DNA of 64,000 nucleotides from Clostridia bacterium (GCA_017464525.1 JAFTZM010000022.1:30562-94561), one strand, 5' to 3'; positions 1 to 9,776 are shown, counted from the stretch's first letter. Notes: generated by a model from the sequence alone, not told the origin. Numbers and translations: made by a program.

Positions 1-171
1 TGCCCCGAAATGTACGGCAATACCTTCATTCAGCATCTGGGCGGCAAGATCGGCCAGTACGGCGGCAACGAGACCGCCGAACCGGAAAACCTGACCTTCG
101 ATGAGACCGCCGAGGAGAAGATCCATAGCGTTTTCGGGGATCAAACTGCTAATGTCTATTACATTAAATAA
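1..171 (+). CDS. 3' end of an unidentified upstream gene (partial)
   Basis: Open frame from position 1 to a TAA at 169-171; product not recognised. Confidence 0.35.
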   Translation, partial: CPEMYGNTFIQHLGGKIGQYGGNETAEPENLTFDETAEEKIHSVFGDQTANVYYIK

Positions 172-182
172 GGAGAACGCTC

Positions 183-953
183 ATGGCCTTCTTAGAAATG
201 ACCTTTTATTCAAAGGCATTAATGCAAAATGTACCGGTCAATATACTGCTGCCGGAACGAAGCAAAAAAGAGGACGGTTCAGGTGCACCGGAAGGAACCT
301 ATAAAACACTATGGCTGCTGCACGGGCTTTCCGGTAATCACACCGATTGGATCCGTAAAAGCTCCATCGAGCGCTATGCCTCCGAATACGGCATTGCTGT
401 GGTAATGCCGGGGGTGGGCAGAAGCTGGTATACCGATACGGCCTATGATGCGGGCTATTTTACCTTTGTGACCCAAGAATTGCCCGCAATCTGCCGCAGT
501 TACTTTAAAGGGATGAGCGGCAGGCGGGAGGAGAACCTCATTGCCGGACTTTCCATGGGCGGCTACGGTGCCGTGAAGGCTGCGCTGACCTACCCGGAGC
601 AGTATTGCGGCTGCGCTACCCTTTCCGGATCGCTGGATATCACCCGAAAAGGCAGACCCTACAGCACGAAGGAATGGCAAGGCATTTTTGGATATGAACT
701 CCGGAATGCTTTGGAGCTGGAGGGAAGCGACCACGACGTTTTTGCCTTGCTGAAAAAGCAAAACGGCAAGCAGCTTCCTAAAATTTATTCCTGGTGCGGT
801 ACCGAGGATACTCTTATTACTGTCAACCGGCAGTTTCGGGATGCTTTGCAGGAATTGCAGGCAGAGTATCTGTATGAAGAATCGGAAGGCGATCACTCCT
901 GGAAATGGTGGGATCTGCATATTCAGGATGCATTAAAACATCTTTTAACATAA
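183..953 (+). CDS. putative esterase family protein (S-formylglutathione hydrolase / tributyrin esterase-like)
   Basis: RBS AAGGAGAA upstream; GLSMGG nucleophile elbow; 256 aa alpha/beta hydrolase-like. Confidence 0.7.
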   Translation: MAFLEMTFYSKALMQNVPVNILLPERSKKEDGSGAPEGTYKTLWLLHGLSGNHTDWIRKSSIERYASEYGIAVVMPGVGRSWYTDTAYDAGYFTFVTQELPAICRSYFKGMSGRREENLIAGLSMGGYGAVKAALTYPEQYCGCATLSGSLDITRKGRPYSTKEWQGIFGYELRNALELEGSDHDVFALLKKQNGKQLPKIYSWCGTEDTLITVNRQFRDALQELQAEYLYEESEGDHSWKWWDLHIQDALKHLLT

Positions 954-982
954 AAAAAGGCGGATTACCGCCTTTTTTTATT
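954..982 (+). terminator. rho-independent terminator after esterase
   Basis: AAAAAAAGGCGG-ATTA-CCGCC stem-loop followed by T7 run. Confidence 0.6.
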
Positions 983-1039
983 GCAACTTTTCCTGTAATG
1001 TTGTAAAATAAAATGTAATCATCTTTTAAAGGAGCCAAA

Positions 1040-2377
1040 ATGAGCGAAACAATTTGTGCCATCTCCACAGCACCGGCCACCGCCGCGCTGGGGATCATAC
1101 GGGTGAGCGGTCCGGAGACCCTGCCCATTCTGCAGACCATCCTCCATAAGCCCATCAACGAGCCGGGCAAGGCCTGCCTGCGCCGCATCGAAAGCGAGGG
1201 AGAGGTCTATGACGAAGCGGTGGTGACCGTCTATCATGCCCCGCGCTCCTATACCGGGCAGGACACCGCTGAGCTTTGCTGCCATGGCGGATTATATGTT
1301 TTGCAGAGCGTCATCGAACTGCTGGTGCGGAAGGGCTGCCGACTGGCAGATCCGGGGGAATTTTCCAAGCGTGCCTTTTTAAACGGCAAGCTGGATTTGA
1401 TCAAGGCGCAGGCGGTCATTGACCTCATCGAGGCCGGCTCCCGGGCAGAGCAAAAAAACGCCCTTTCCCAGATGGAAGGACATCTTTCCAAAAAGATCAC
1501 CGCCATCTACGACCGGCTGGTCGAGCTGAATACCGCCCTTTTGGCTTATGTAGATTTTCCCGAGGAGGTGGATGCGCCGGAGGAGGACACGCTGGCCGAA
1601 CTACAGGAGATCGACCGGCTGTTATCGGAGTTGCTGGCGGGCACTGATCGGGGTCAGCTGATCCGGGAAGGGCTGAATATTGCCATTGTGGGCGCCCCCA
1701 ATGTGGGGAAAAGTACCCTGATGAATCAACTGCTGGGCTACGACCGCAGCATCGTTTCTGCCATCCCCGGAACCACCCGGGATACGGTCACCGAGGGCTG
1801 CCGTTTGGGGGATCTGAAATGCCATATTGCCGATACCGCCGGCATCCGGGAAACTGCCGATCCGGTGGAGCAGCAGGGGATTACCATCGCCCGCCGGCGG
1901 GCAGAGCAGGCCTCGGTGGTCTTTGCGGTGTTCGACGGCTCCCGTCCCCTCACCGATGAGGATCAGGCTCTGGCCGATGAATTCGGTGGAGAACGAAATT
2001 TGGCCATCATCAATAAGGCCGATCTGCCGAAAATAGCAGACATAGAGTATATTAAAAGCAAATTTATACATTGCGTAGAGCTTTCTGCCAAGGAAGGTAG
2101 CGGATGCAATGCCTTGGATCAATGGGTACGGGAACAGTTTTCCACCCGGGATACCGAAGCCCAAGGTTTTATTACTTCGGTCCACCAGATCCAGCGGCTG
2201 CTGGAGGGTCAGCGGTATGTGCGCCAGGCCATGACCGGGCTGGAGCAGGGCTTTCCCCCGGATATGGCTTCCCTGGATATTACCGAAGCCGCAGCAGCGG
2301 TGGGGGAGGTGACCGGTCAAACGGTGACCGACCAGATGATCGATCAGATTTTTTCAAGATTTTGTGTAGGTAAATAA
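1040..2377 (+). CDS. mnmE: tRNA modification GTPase MnmE
   Basis: N-term [12 protein letters not shown]...[10 protein letters not shown]-domain [13 protein letters not shown]-terminal CVGK; RBS AAAGGAG. Confidence 0.95.
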   Translation: MSETICAISTAPATAALGIIRVSGPETLPILQTILHKPINEPGKACLRRIESEGEVYDEAVVTVYHAPRSYTGQDTAELCCHGGLYVLQSVIELLVRKGCRLADPGEFSKRAFLNGKLDLIKAQAVIDLIEAGSRAEQKNALSQMEGHLSKKITAIYDRLVELNTALLAYVDFPEEVDAPEEDTLAELQEIDRLLSELLAGTDRGQLIREGLNIAIVGAPNVGKSTLMNQLLGYDRSIVSAIPGTTRDTVTEGCRLGDLKCHIADTAGIRETADPVEQQGITIARRRAEQASVVFAVFDGSRPLTDEDQALADEFGGERNLAIINKADLPKIADIEYIKSKFIHCVELSAKEGSGCNALDQWVREQFSTRDTEAQGFITSVHQIQRLLEGQRYVRQAMTGLEQGFPPDMASLDITEAAAAVGEVTGQTVTDQMIDQIFSRFCVGK

Positions 2378-2378
2378 T

Positions 2379-4268
2379 ATGTATCATGTTGAAAACTTAG
2401 ATATTGCCGTCATCGGTGCCGGTCATGCCGGCATCGAGGCAGGCTTGGCCGCCGCCCGGCTGGGCTGTAAGGTGGGCGTTTTTACCATCTGTTTGGATGG
2501 GGTGGGCAATATGCCCTGCAACCCCTCCATCGGCGGTACCGCCAAGGGGCATCTGGTCTGTGAGATCGATGCGCTGGGCGGTGAGATGGGCAAGGCGGCA
2601 GACGCCACCTTCCTGCAAAGCCGGATGCTGAATTTAGGCAAGGGTCCCGCTGTCCATTCCCTGCGGGTGCAATCCGACCGCCGGGAGTACAGCAAATATA
2701 TGAAGCACGCCCTGGAGCAGCAGGAAAACCTGATGCTCATCCAGGGGGAGATCGTCAAGATCGAAGCGGAGGACGGTCATGTGACCGGAGTGGTGACCCA
2801 TCTGGGAGCCCACTACGGCGCAAAAGCCGTGATCTTAGCCACCGGAACCTATTTAAAGGGCGAGATCATCATCGGCGAAAGTCAGCAGCCCGGCGGCCCC
2901 GACGGAATGTTCCCCGCCAACCAATTAAGTGACTGCCTGGAAGAATTAGGCGTTCCCCTTCGCCGGTTCAAAACCGGTACCCCCGCCCGGGTCAACCGCC
3001 GCAGCCTGGATTTTTCCAAAATGCAGGTCCAGGAGGGGGACGAAGAGATCGTGCCCTTTTCCTTTGAAAACGAAGAGATCGGGGAAAATCAGGTGGTCTG
3101 CTGGCTGACCGCCACCAATGAGACCACCCACCAGATCATCCGGGATAATATTCATCTTTCGCCCATCTACAGCGGCCAGATCCACGGCATCGGCCCCCGC
3201 TATTGCCCCAGCATCGAGGATAAGATCATGCGGTTTAAGGAAAAGACCGCTCACCAGCTCTTTGTGGAGCCCTGCGGCCTGGAGACGGAGGAGATGTACC
3301 TGCAGGGGCTTTCTTCTTCGCTGCCGGAGTTTGTGCAGCGGCAATTCATCCATTCCATCAAGGGGCTGGAAAAGGCCGAGATCATGCGGGTAGCTTATGC
3401 CATTCAGTACGATTGCGTGGATCCGCAGGCCCTCTATCCCACCTTAGAATTCAAGGCCATCCAAGGGCTTTACGGCGCCGGCCAGTTTAATGGCTCCTCC
3501 GGCTATGAGGAGGCTGCAGCTCAAGGGCTGGTGGCCGGTATCAACGCCGCCAAAAAGATCCAGGGCAAGGAGCCTCTGATCTTAGACCGGGCCAATTCCT
3601 ATATCGGTACCTTGATCGATGATCTTGTCACCAAGGGCACCCCTGAGCCCTACCGGATGATGACCAGCCGCAGCGAATACCGGCTGCTTCTGCGGCAGGA
3701 CAATGCTGACCTGCGGCTGACCCCCATTGGTTATGAAATTGGGCTGATTTCCGATGAAAGATACGCAAAATTCCTGCAAAAAAGAGCCAATATTGAAGCG
3801 GAGATCGAACGCTTGCGAACAACCTATCTTTCCCCCAATAACGAAGTGTTGCAGGAGATCCTGGACCGGTGCGGTACCCCCCGCCTTTCGGCCGGGGCCT
3901 CCATTGCCGATCTTATTGCCCGGCCGCAGGTGAGTTACTTTGACTTAGCGCCGGTGGATCCCCACCGCCCGGTTCTTAAAAAGGCAGAAGGCCGGCAGGC
4001 GGAGATCTCCATCAAATATGAAGGTTACATCAAAATGCAGCTTTCCAAGGTGCGGGAATTCCAGAAGCTGGAAAACCGCCGGATCCCGGAGGATCTAAAC
4101 TACGCCGAGATGGAAGGGCTGCGGCTGGAGGCCCGGCAGAAGCTGGCAGCGGTACGGCCGGTGAGCATCGGCCAGGCCAGCCGGATCAGCGGCGTGAGCC
4201 CTGCAGATATCAGCGTTTTGATGATTGAAATTGAACAAAGGAATAAACATCATGGAACGAATGAATAG
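2379..4268 (+). CDS. mnmG: tRNA uridine 5-carboxymethylaminomethyl modification enzyme MnmG (GidA)
   Basis: FAD motif [12 protein letters not shown]; 629 aa; directly follows mnmE. Confidence 0.95.
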   Translation: MYHVENLDIAVIGAGHAGIEAGLAAARLGCKVGVFTICLDGVGNMPCNPSIGGTAKGHLVCEIDALGGEMGKAADATFLQSRMLNLGKGPAVHSLRVQSDRREYSKYMKHALEQQENLMLIQGEIVKIEAEDGHVTGVVTHLGAHYGAKAVILATGTYLKGEIIIGESQQPGGPDGMFPANQLSDCLEELGVPLRRFKTGTPARVNRRSLDFSKMQVQEGDEEIVPFSFENEEIGENQVVCWLTATNETTHQIIRDNIHLSPIYSGQIHGIGPRYCPSIEDKIMRFKEKTAHQLFVEPCGLETEEMYLQGLSSSLPEFVQRQFIHSIKGLEKAEIMRVAYAIQYDCVDPQALYPTLEFKAIQGLYGAGQFNGSSGYEEAAAQGLVAGINAAKKIQGKEPLILDRANSYIGTLIDDLVTKGTPEPYRMMTSRSEYRLLLRQDNADLRLTPIGYEIGLISDERYAKFLQKRANIEAEIERLRTTYLSPNNEVLQEILDRCGTPRLSAGASIADLIARPQVSYFDLAPVDPHRPVLKKAEGRQAEISIKYEGYIKMQLSKVREFQKLENRRIPEDLNYAEMEGLRLEARQKLAAVRPVSIGQASRISGVSPADISVLMIEIEQRNKHHGTNE

Positions 4269-4968
4269 ACTGACCGCCCTTTTGGAGCAGGAAAAGATCG
4301 TTTTTCCCGCCGATCTCAGCGAAAAACTCCTCCAGTTTGAGGAGAAATTGCTGGAGACCAATAAGGTCATGAACCTGACGGCCATCACCGAGCCGGAGGA
4401 GATGATGAAAAAGCATTACTGGGACAGTATCTATCCCCTTTCCAAGGGGATCTTCCCGGAGAATGCCACGGTTGTGGATGTGGGTTGCGGCGCCGGATTT
4501 CCCTCTCTGCCCCTGAAGCTGGCCGCCCCCCATCTGGAGATGACCCTGCTGGATTCTCTCCAAAAGCGGCTGAATTTCATCGATGGCGTTATTGCCAATT
4601 TAAAATTAAACAAGATCTGCACCCTCCACGCCCGGGCGGAGGATGCAGGGCGGAACCCCAAGCTCCGGGGGCATTTTGATATTGCCGTTTCCCGGGCGGT
4701 GGCAGAGCTTTCCAAGCTTTGCGAATACTGCCTGCCCCTGGTAAAAAAAGGCGGCGCTCTGATCGCCTATAAGGGCGCCACCGCCGATGAGGAACTGGAA
4801 CGGGCGGAAAAGGCCATCCGGATTCTGGGAGGTCAGACAGAGCAGGTCTTTCATTACACCCTTCCCGGGGAGGAGGATAAACGGGCCATCATCGTCATCC
4901 GGAAGACCGGGGATACTCCCAAGCAATATCCCCGCCAGCCCAAGCAAATTAAAGATAAACCGCTGTAA
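4252..4968 (+). CDS. rsmG: 16S rRNA (guanine527-N7)-methyltransferase RsmG (GidB)
   Basis: SAM-MTase motif [10 protein letters not shown]; conserved synteny after mnmG. The start is chosen at MERMNRL, overlapping the mnmG stop; an alternative ATG lies at 4225. Confidence 0.9.
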   Translation: MERMNRLTALLEQEKIVFPADLSEKLLQFEEKLLETNKVMNLTAITEPEEMMKKHYWDSIYPLSKGIFPENATVVDVGCGAGFPSLPLKLAAPHLEMTLLDSLQKRLNFIDGVIANLKLNKICTLHARAEDAGRNPKLRGHFDIAVSRAVAELSKLCEYCLPLVKKGGALIAYKGATADEELERAEKAIRILGGQTEQVFHYTLPGEEDKRAIIVIRKTGDTPKQYPRQPKQIKDKPL

Positions 4969-4988
4969 AAAAATATCATATGCAAATA

Positions 4989-5025
4989 GGAGTAGATTGA
5001 ATGATCTACTCCTTTTTACATATAC
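4989..5025 (+). terminator. rho-independent terminator after rsmG
   Basis: AGGAGTAGAT-TGAATG-ATCTACTCCT followed by TTTTT. Confidence 0.6.
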
Positions 5026-5093
5026 CGTTAAATTAACCAATTATTTTTTAAATCCAATAACCTAACGATCTATTTTATGCATAATGACGAAGT

Positions 5094-5115
5094 AATGTTA
5101 CATGAATGTAACATT
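5094..5115. promoter_or_regulatory. perfect 10-bp-arm palindrome AATGTTACAT-GA-ATGTAACATT (candidate operator)
   Basis: Exact inverted repeat in the AT-rich leader of the island operon. Confidence 0.3.
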
Positions 5116-5191
5116 TTAAAAAGTATTGTATATTTTATAGCAATAATATATAATATAATTAGAATAATTATTATAAAAGGAGGACTTCAAT

Positions 5192-5281
5192 ATGTATCAT
5201 GTTTCTATCCAAATTAAAAGAGATTCTGTCAGTATATGGAATATTCCTTTTAGAACAAATAATTTATTACTGTCCATATAA
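5192..5281 (+). CDS. small ORF of 29 aa (MYHVSIQIKRDSVSIWNIPFRTNNLLLSI) with a strong RBS, possible leader peptide
   Basis: AAAGGAGGA 6 nt before ATG; stop immediately followed by a terminator hairpin; the island is AT-rich so a chance ORF is possible. Confidence 0.25.
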   Translation: MYHVSIQIKRDSVSIWNIPFRTNNLLLSI

Positions 5282-5282
5282 A

Positions 5283-5319
5283 GCGCAGAAACATAGATTC
5301 TTGTTTCTGCGCTTTTTAT
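5283..5319 (+). terminator. terminator/attenuator hairpin upstream of the peptidase gene
   Basis: GCGCAGAAACA-loop-TGTTTCTGCGC followed by TTTTTAT. Confidence 0.5.
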
Positions 5320-5356
5320 AACTACAATAAACAAATAATAGAAAGGAGAAATTAAT

Positions 5357-6424
5357 ATGATTATTAAAAATTTAAATAAAAATATTTTGTTAACACTTAC
5401 TTTAACATTATTTTTATCAATGTTTTCATTAATTGAATTTACTGCATCAGCTGTTAATAAAACTGAGATCGAAAGTAATAATAGACATGCTAATGCAACA
5501 GTCACTTATGATGATTATAATAATTATGGTGTTATTTCCTCTACAACAGATATCGATTGGTGGTAAGTAACCTTTAGTCAATCTGGTTCTGCTAATTTCT
5601 TTTTAGGAAATATCCCATCAGGCCTAAATTACAATCTATTTTTATATAAAAGCAATGGAACAACCATGATTGCCAGATCAATCGATTCAAATGAAACAAG
5701 AAATTCCGAATTGATTACTGCTTATGTAAATGCAGGAGAAACATACAAAATAAGAATTAATTCAACTGCAGGATCTTCAACATCTCAATATCTTTTTAGA
5801 ACAAAAATAACTACAAGTCAACGTCAAGGAAAAGTCTTTACCCAGACTTCTGTGCAACCCAACAATTTGAACACCAGATATAATGCAACTATTATCCTTC
5901 CAGAACTCTGGGAAATGGGGTATGATGCAGGTGAATATGTGGATCATTACGCATCGTCGGCTTATATTCAAATGCCAGACTGTGATTTGGTTGTTATAAC
6001 AAGTCATGGTGATGAAGGCAGAATATATTTTTATGATGATAGTTTTATGACAGGAGGTACTGCTACATATGGAATTCCATACTGTGCCTGTTTACCAAAT
6101 TATGCAACAGGTGCCTTAACCAGAGTAAAGCTTCTGCTTTTTTCAGGATGTAATACTGGAGATTCCTCTTCAATTCATGGCAATTTAGTCGATGTTGCAC
6201 TAAGCAAAGATGTCATGTGTTGTATCGGATGGACAGAAAGTTTCTGGGATGCGGATATCTACTATTGGCATACTAAATTTTTTGAAAAACTATCTGAAGG
6301 GCTTACTGTTGGAGATGCAATAAGTGAAACCAACGCTTGGATTGCAGCATATGCAACAGAACTCTCAACAATAACTGCTCAATATTATGGATCCAGTGCA
6401 CTTCATGCTCTAACATTAAAATAA
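5357..6424 (+). pseudogene. secreted PPC-domain protein with a C-terminal caspase-fold-like (clan CD-like) cysteine peptidase domain, interrupted by an in-frame TAA at 5564-5566
   Basis: Signal peptide. PPC motifs TDIDWW(*)VTF...YNLFLYKSNG...AGETYKIRI continue in the same frame through the TAA. C-terminal domain has a hydrophobic strand + SHG and a hydrophobic strand + SGC, a His/Cys dyad arrangement. RBS AAAGGAGAA. Confidence 0.55.
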
Positions 6425-6446
6425 TACACGAAAGGAGAAAATTCAA

Positions 6447-7253
6447 ATGAAAAAGAAAAAATGGATCATTGCAAGTATATTGAGTTTTTGTATTTTGATG
6501 TCCTTTATTGGAATATCAGTGTTTTCTTCTATGGAATATGATCCAAATTCTTCAAATTCAGAAATAGCAAAGAGCGATACAGTTTATGTACGAAAAAACG
6601 CAGAAAAAACAAAGATAATACAAGATGCAAACGAAGAAGAAAAAATCCTAACTTATACTGAAACCGATCGTAGCATGGAAAATGAAATCGATGTGTATGA
6701 GGATGAATACGGTAACAGTTATATGTATGACGAAGCTGGTAATATAAAGATGTACATTAGTGCGCCTTCTAATGACAGCACCAACACCTCTACACACATC
6801 ACAGAGAAAGGGCTGATTGATACAGCGTGGAATTATGCGGTTCAAACCTATGGTGATCGAATTTCCGGATTTGAATTCATCAGAATTCAAACCTATACAG
6901 CAGAAATGGGAACTTCAGTCTATTTCGGAAACACCTACGGCGTAGATAATTTTATTGTGGGGTCACAAGTGATTGTCACCTTATCTACAAGTGGATCCCT
7001 GAAAAGTTGCACCTTGCGAAAGGAGGAAACAATTCCATTTAACGGTGAACTGGTCAAAGATCTAACAGAAAATACCGTATTATTAGATGCTTCCAGACAA
7101 TTCTTAGAAGAATATCCGAACTATCAAGACGCTTCTATAAATCTATCATCCTGTGAAATTACTCTGCAAAACGATGAATTTGTAATACAAGTATTATTGA
7201 ATTGTACTTATGATGGATTAACCTTTAAAGAATTATACTATTATACAATCTAA
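6447..7253 (+). CDS. membrane-anchored protein with PepSY-like repeats (putative peptidase inhibitor/regulator)
   Basis: N-terminal TM helix; repeated helix plus beta motifs resembling PepSY (IDVYEDEYGNSYMYDEAGNIKMY; TAWNYAVQTYGDRISGFEF...VIVTLSTSG); RBS AAAGGAGAA; 30% GC. Confidence 0.45.
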   Translation: MKKKKWIIASILSFCILMSFIGISVFSSMEYDPNSSNSEIAKSDTVYVRKNAEKTKIIQDANEEEKILTYTETDRSMENEIDVYEDEYGNSYMYDEAGNIKMYISAPSNDSTNTSTHITEKGLIDTAWNYAVQTYGDRISGFEFIRIQTYTAEMGTSVYFGNTYGVDNFIVGSQVIVTLSTSGSLKSCTLRKEETIPFNGELVKDLTENTVLLDASRQFLEEYPNYQDASINLSSCEITLQNDEFVIQVLLNCTYDGLTFKELYYYTI

Positions 7254-7256
7254 AAA

Positions 7257-7290
7257 ACTGCCTCACTTCATTTTGAAGTGAGGCAGTTTT
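7257..7290. terminator. bidirectional rho-independent terminator between island gene and jag
   Basis: CTGCCTCACTTCA-TTTT-GAAGTGAGGCAG flanked by A-run and T-run. Confidence 0.7.
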
Positions 7291-7291
7291 C

Positions 7292-8152
7292 TTATTTCTT
7301 GTAGCTTACAACTACCCGTCTCTTGGGTTCGCTGCCCACCGAGAAGGTGGTGATATGCTCACGGCCGGTGAGGGCGGCATGGATGATGCGGCGCTCATAG
7401 GGGCTCATGGGCTCCATGGTGATATTGCGCTTATATTTCAGCGCCTTTTCCGCATTTTTCTCTGCCAGATTCTGGAGGGTGCGGATCCGCTTTGCCCGGT
7501 AGTTTTCGGTATCCAGGGTCACACGGAGCTTATCGCCGCTGCGGCCCTTATTGAGCACCAGCCCACAAAGGTATTGGGCAGCGTCCAGAGTCTCGCCCCG
7601 GCGGCCGATCAGCACGCCCATATTAGCACCGCTGACCTCTACATAATAGTGATCATCTTCGCCGATCTCCACCTTCACAGCGGCCTCCTCCTCGGCGCCG
7701 ATGTGGGCCAGCAGACCCATCATGAATTCGGTGATCTTCTTGGAATTTTCATCGTCCACCGGTTTCTTTTCCACTTCGGGAAGGATGGGGGCAGCAGGCT
7801 CTGCCTTTTCTGCCTTTTCCACCTTTTTGGCGGGCTTTTTCTCCTGTTTTCTTTCCGGCTTCTCGGCGTTCTTCTTATTCTTGCCGCCGGAGAGCTTTTC
7901 CGGCTCCCATGCAGGGATCTTTGCTTCCTTCTTGGGAGCTTCCTGCTTGGGGGCTTCCTTTTTGGGCTCATCGGGTACTTCAATCTCCACCTTGATCTTG
8001 GCGGGGGTCGCACCGATGCCGAGGAAACCCTTGGTGGGGGTCTCTTCTACCACATAGCTGAGGAGATCTTTATCTTCATTGAGTTCCAAAGCGGCCTTTT
8101 CCACGGCTGCTTCGATGGTCTTTCCTTCAAAAAACAGTTCTTTGGTTGCCAT
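7292..8152 (-). CDS. khpB: RNA-binding protein Jag/KhpB (KH + R3H domains)
   Basis: Lys/Glu-rich linker; C-terminal R3H motif GSEPKRRVVV; synteny with yidC. Confidence 0.9.
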   Translation of the reverse strand: MATKELFFEGKTIEAAVEKAALELNEDKDLLSYVVEETPTKGFLGIGATPAKIKVEIEVPDEPKKEAPKQEAPKKEAKIPAWEPEKLSGGKNKKNAEKPERKQEKKPAKKVEKAEKAEPAAPILPEVEKKPVDDENSKKITEFMMGLLAHIGAEEEAAVKVEIGEDDHYYVEVSGANMGVLIGRRGETLDAAQYLCGLVLNKGRSGDKLRVTLDTENYRAKRIRTLQNLAEKNAEKALKYKRNITMEPMSPYERRIIHAALTGREHITTFSVGSEPKRRVVVSYKK

Positions 8153-8170
8153 TTTAATCTTAATCCACCC

Positions 8171-9151
8171 TTATTTCTTTTTCTTCGATGCGGCAATGGC
8201 GGCGGCCTTCTTGGCGGCGGCAGCACTGCGCTTTTCCTTCTTCTTTGCTTTTTCTTGCTCCATTTTGGCCTCTACCTCTGCCAATGCCTTTTTAGGGTCG
8301 TACATCTTATGCAGGATATAGGTCTGAGCGATGCTCAGCACATTGGTAATGATCCAGTACCAGCCCAACGCACAGTTCAGGCTATAGCAGAAGAATACGG
8401 AAATGATGGGCATCATATAGGTCATCATCTTGGTAGAACCGGCAGCGGAGGGATCCTGCGTTGCCGCATTCAGCTTCTGGGAGAACCAGGAGGTGATAAA
8501 GCCGGTAACACCCGCCAGAATGGGGATCAGCAGCATCCAGCTCCAGAAATCCTCGCTGGGAGTGCCGGAAAGGCTGAAGATACCGAAGAGCTTATCCCCG
8601 GGAATGCTCACCAGATCGGCCTTGGAGGCTGCATTATAGATCTGCAGCTCGTAGTCGCTGATCTTGCTCACTGTATCGGGAGCGGCGGCGATGGCATCCA
8701 CTACCTTGACCACCGCTTCACCAAGGCTGTCCTTCACCTGCAGAGCCAGCTCGTAGACTCTCTGCGCAGCGTTTCTGGTAAATACCTCATTATAGTGCAC
8801 ATAGGTCAGGGGATGGCGCACAATGTTATAGATCAACAGGATCAGCGGCAGCTGGATCAGCAAGGGCAGGCAGCTGCCCATGGGGTTGATCCCTTCCCGC
8901 TGATAAAGCTTTTGCAGCTCTTGATTATAGCGTTCCTGGTTGTTGCCGTACTTCTTTTTCAGGGCATCCTGATAGGGCCGCAGCCGCACCATATTCAGCT
9001 GGGATTTCTGCTGCTTCATGGAAAGCGGGAAAATAATGATCTTGGTGATCAGGGCATAGGCGATCAGGGCCAGAGCGTAATTGTTCAGCAGGTTCATGCA
9101 CTGCTGCATGATCCATGCAAAGGGAACAATCAAATAACTCCATAAATCCAT
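8171..9151 (-). CDS. yidC: membrane protein insertase YidC/SpoIIIJ/OxaA
   Basis: Multi-TM, basic Lys-rich C-terminus; conserved position between jag and yidD/rnpA. Confidence 0.9.
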   Translation of the reverse strand: MDLWSYLIVPFAWIMQQCMNLLNNYALALIAYALITKIIIFPLSMKQQKSQLNMVRLRPYQDALKKKYGNNQERYNQELQKLYQREGINPMGSCLPLLIQLPLILLIYNIVRHPLTYVHYNEVFTRNAAQRVYELALQVKDSLGEAVVKVVDAIAAAPDTVSKISDYELQIYNAASKADLVSIPGDKLFGIFSLSGTPSEDFWSWMLLIPILAGVTGFITSWFSQKLNAATQDPSAAGSTKMMTYMMPIISVFFCYSLNCALGWYWIITNVLSIAQTYILHKMYDPKKALAEVEAKMEQEKAKKKEKRSAAAAKKAAAIAASKKKK

Positions 9152-9411
9152 TATTTTTTTCTCCTTTTGAACAGTTGTTCCCGTTCGGGAACAGGGTCAT
9201 ACCCACCCATTGACCAGGGATTACAGCGCAGCAGGCGCCATAAGGCCAGCCCTCCGCCGATCAGTATGCCAAAGCGCAAGATCGCCGTACAGGCGTAAGC
9301 GGAGCAGGTGGGATAGTATTTGCAGCGGGCAGGCAGATGAGGCGAGATCCATTTCTGATAAGCGCGGATCGGTAAAATAAAGAGCCTTCTTACCCTTTCC
9401 AGGTTGCTCAA
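9151..9411 (-). CDS. yidD: membrane protein insertion efficiency factor YidD
   Basis: [23 protein letters not shown] motif. Confidence 0.85.
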   Translation of the reverse strand: MSNLERVRRLFILPIRAYQKWISPHLPARCKYYPTCSAYACTAILRFGILIGGGLALWRLLRCNPWSMGGYDPVPEREQLFKRRKK

Positions 9412-9731
9412 GCCGAAAAGGTCTCCCGGATGATCCGCTCAATGTCTGTACTCTTGCATTGCAGGCACCGGCTGCGGGCCACGATCACGATATCGTGCTC
9501 CGGAGGAAGAAGTGCCGCATTTTTACGCACCCCTTCCCGGATGATCCGCCGGATCCGGTTCCGCTGAGGGGAATTCCCCAGCTTTTTACTCACGGTCAGC
9601 CCCAGCCGGGTCTTACCCAGCCGGTTCTTCCGCCAGTAGATCACGATCTCCCGGGTCACAACCGATCTTCCCTGATGATAAGCTCTTCTGAAATTTACGT
9701 TTTCCTTTACGCTTTCGATCTTCATCTTCAT
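9408..9731 (-). CDS. rnpA: ribonuclease P protein component
   Basis: 107 aa basic protein; RNase P motif region [18 protein letters not shown]. Confidence 0.9.
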   Translation of the reverse strand: MKMKIESVKENVNFRRAYHQGRSVVTREIVIYWRKNRLGKTRLGLTVSKKLGNSPQRNRIRRIIREGVRKNAALLPPEHDIVIVARSRCLQCKSTDIERIIRETFSA

Positions 9732-9744
9732 CCTACCATCTCAA

Positions 9745-9771
9745 TAAAAAAGGCCACATCGCTGTGGCCTT
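9745..9771 (-). terminator. hairpin between rpmH and rnpA (partial terminator/attenuator)
   Basis: AGGCCACA-GCGA-TGTGGCCT followed by T6 on the minus strand. Confidence 0.5.
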
Positions 9772-9776
9772 TAATG

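Noticed and set aside
2104-2373. Small ORFs in alternative frames inside mnmE, mnmG and other genes (e.g. 1827-2036, 2104-2373, 2404-2631)
   Set aside because: Embedded in conserved genes in other frames, Pro/Arg/Gly-rich, no RBS. GC-driven artefacts.
5192-5203. 12-nt identity ATGTATCATGTT between the small island ORF start and the mnmG start (2379)
   Set aside because: In a 64-kb window more than 100 chance 12-mer repeats are expected; no extended similarity on either side.
5197-5505. 102-aa ORF on the minus strand within the island
   Set aside because: Antisense to the RBS-supported peptidase gene and small ORF. Hydrophobic low-complexity translation typical of AT-rich DNA; no RBS.
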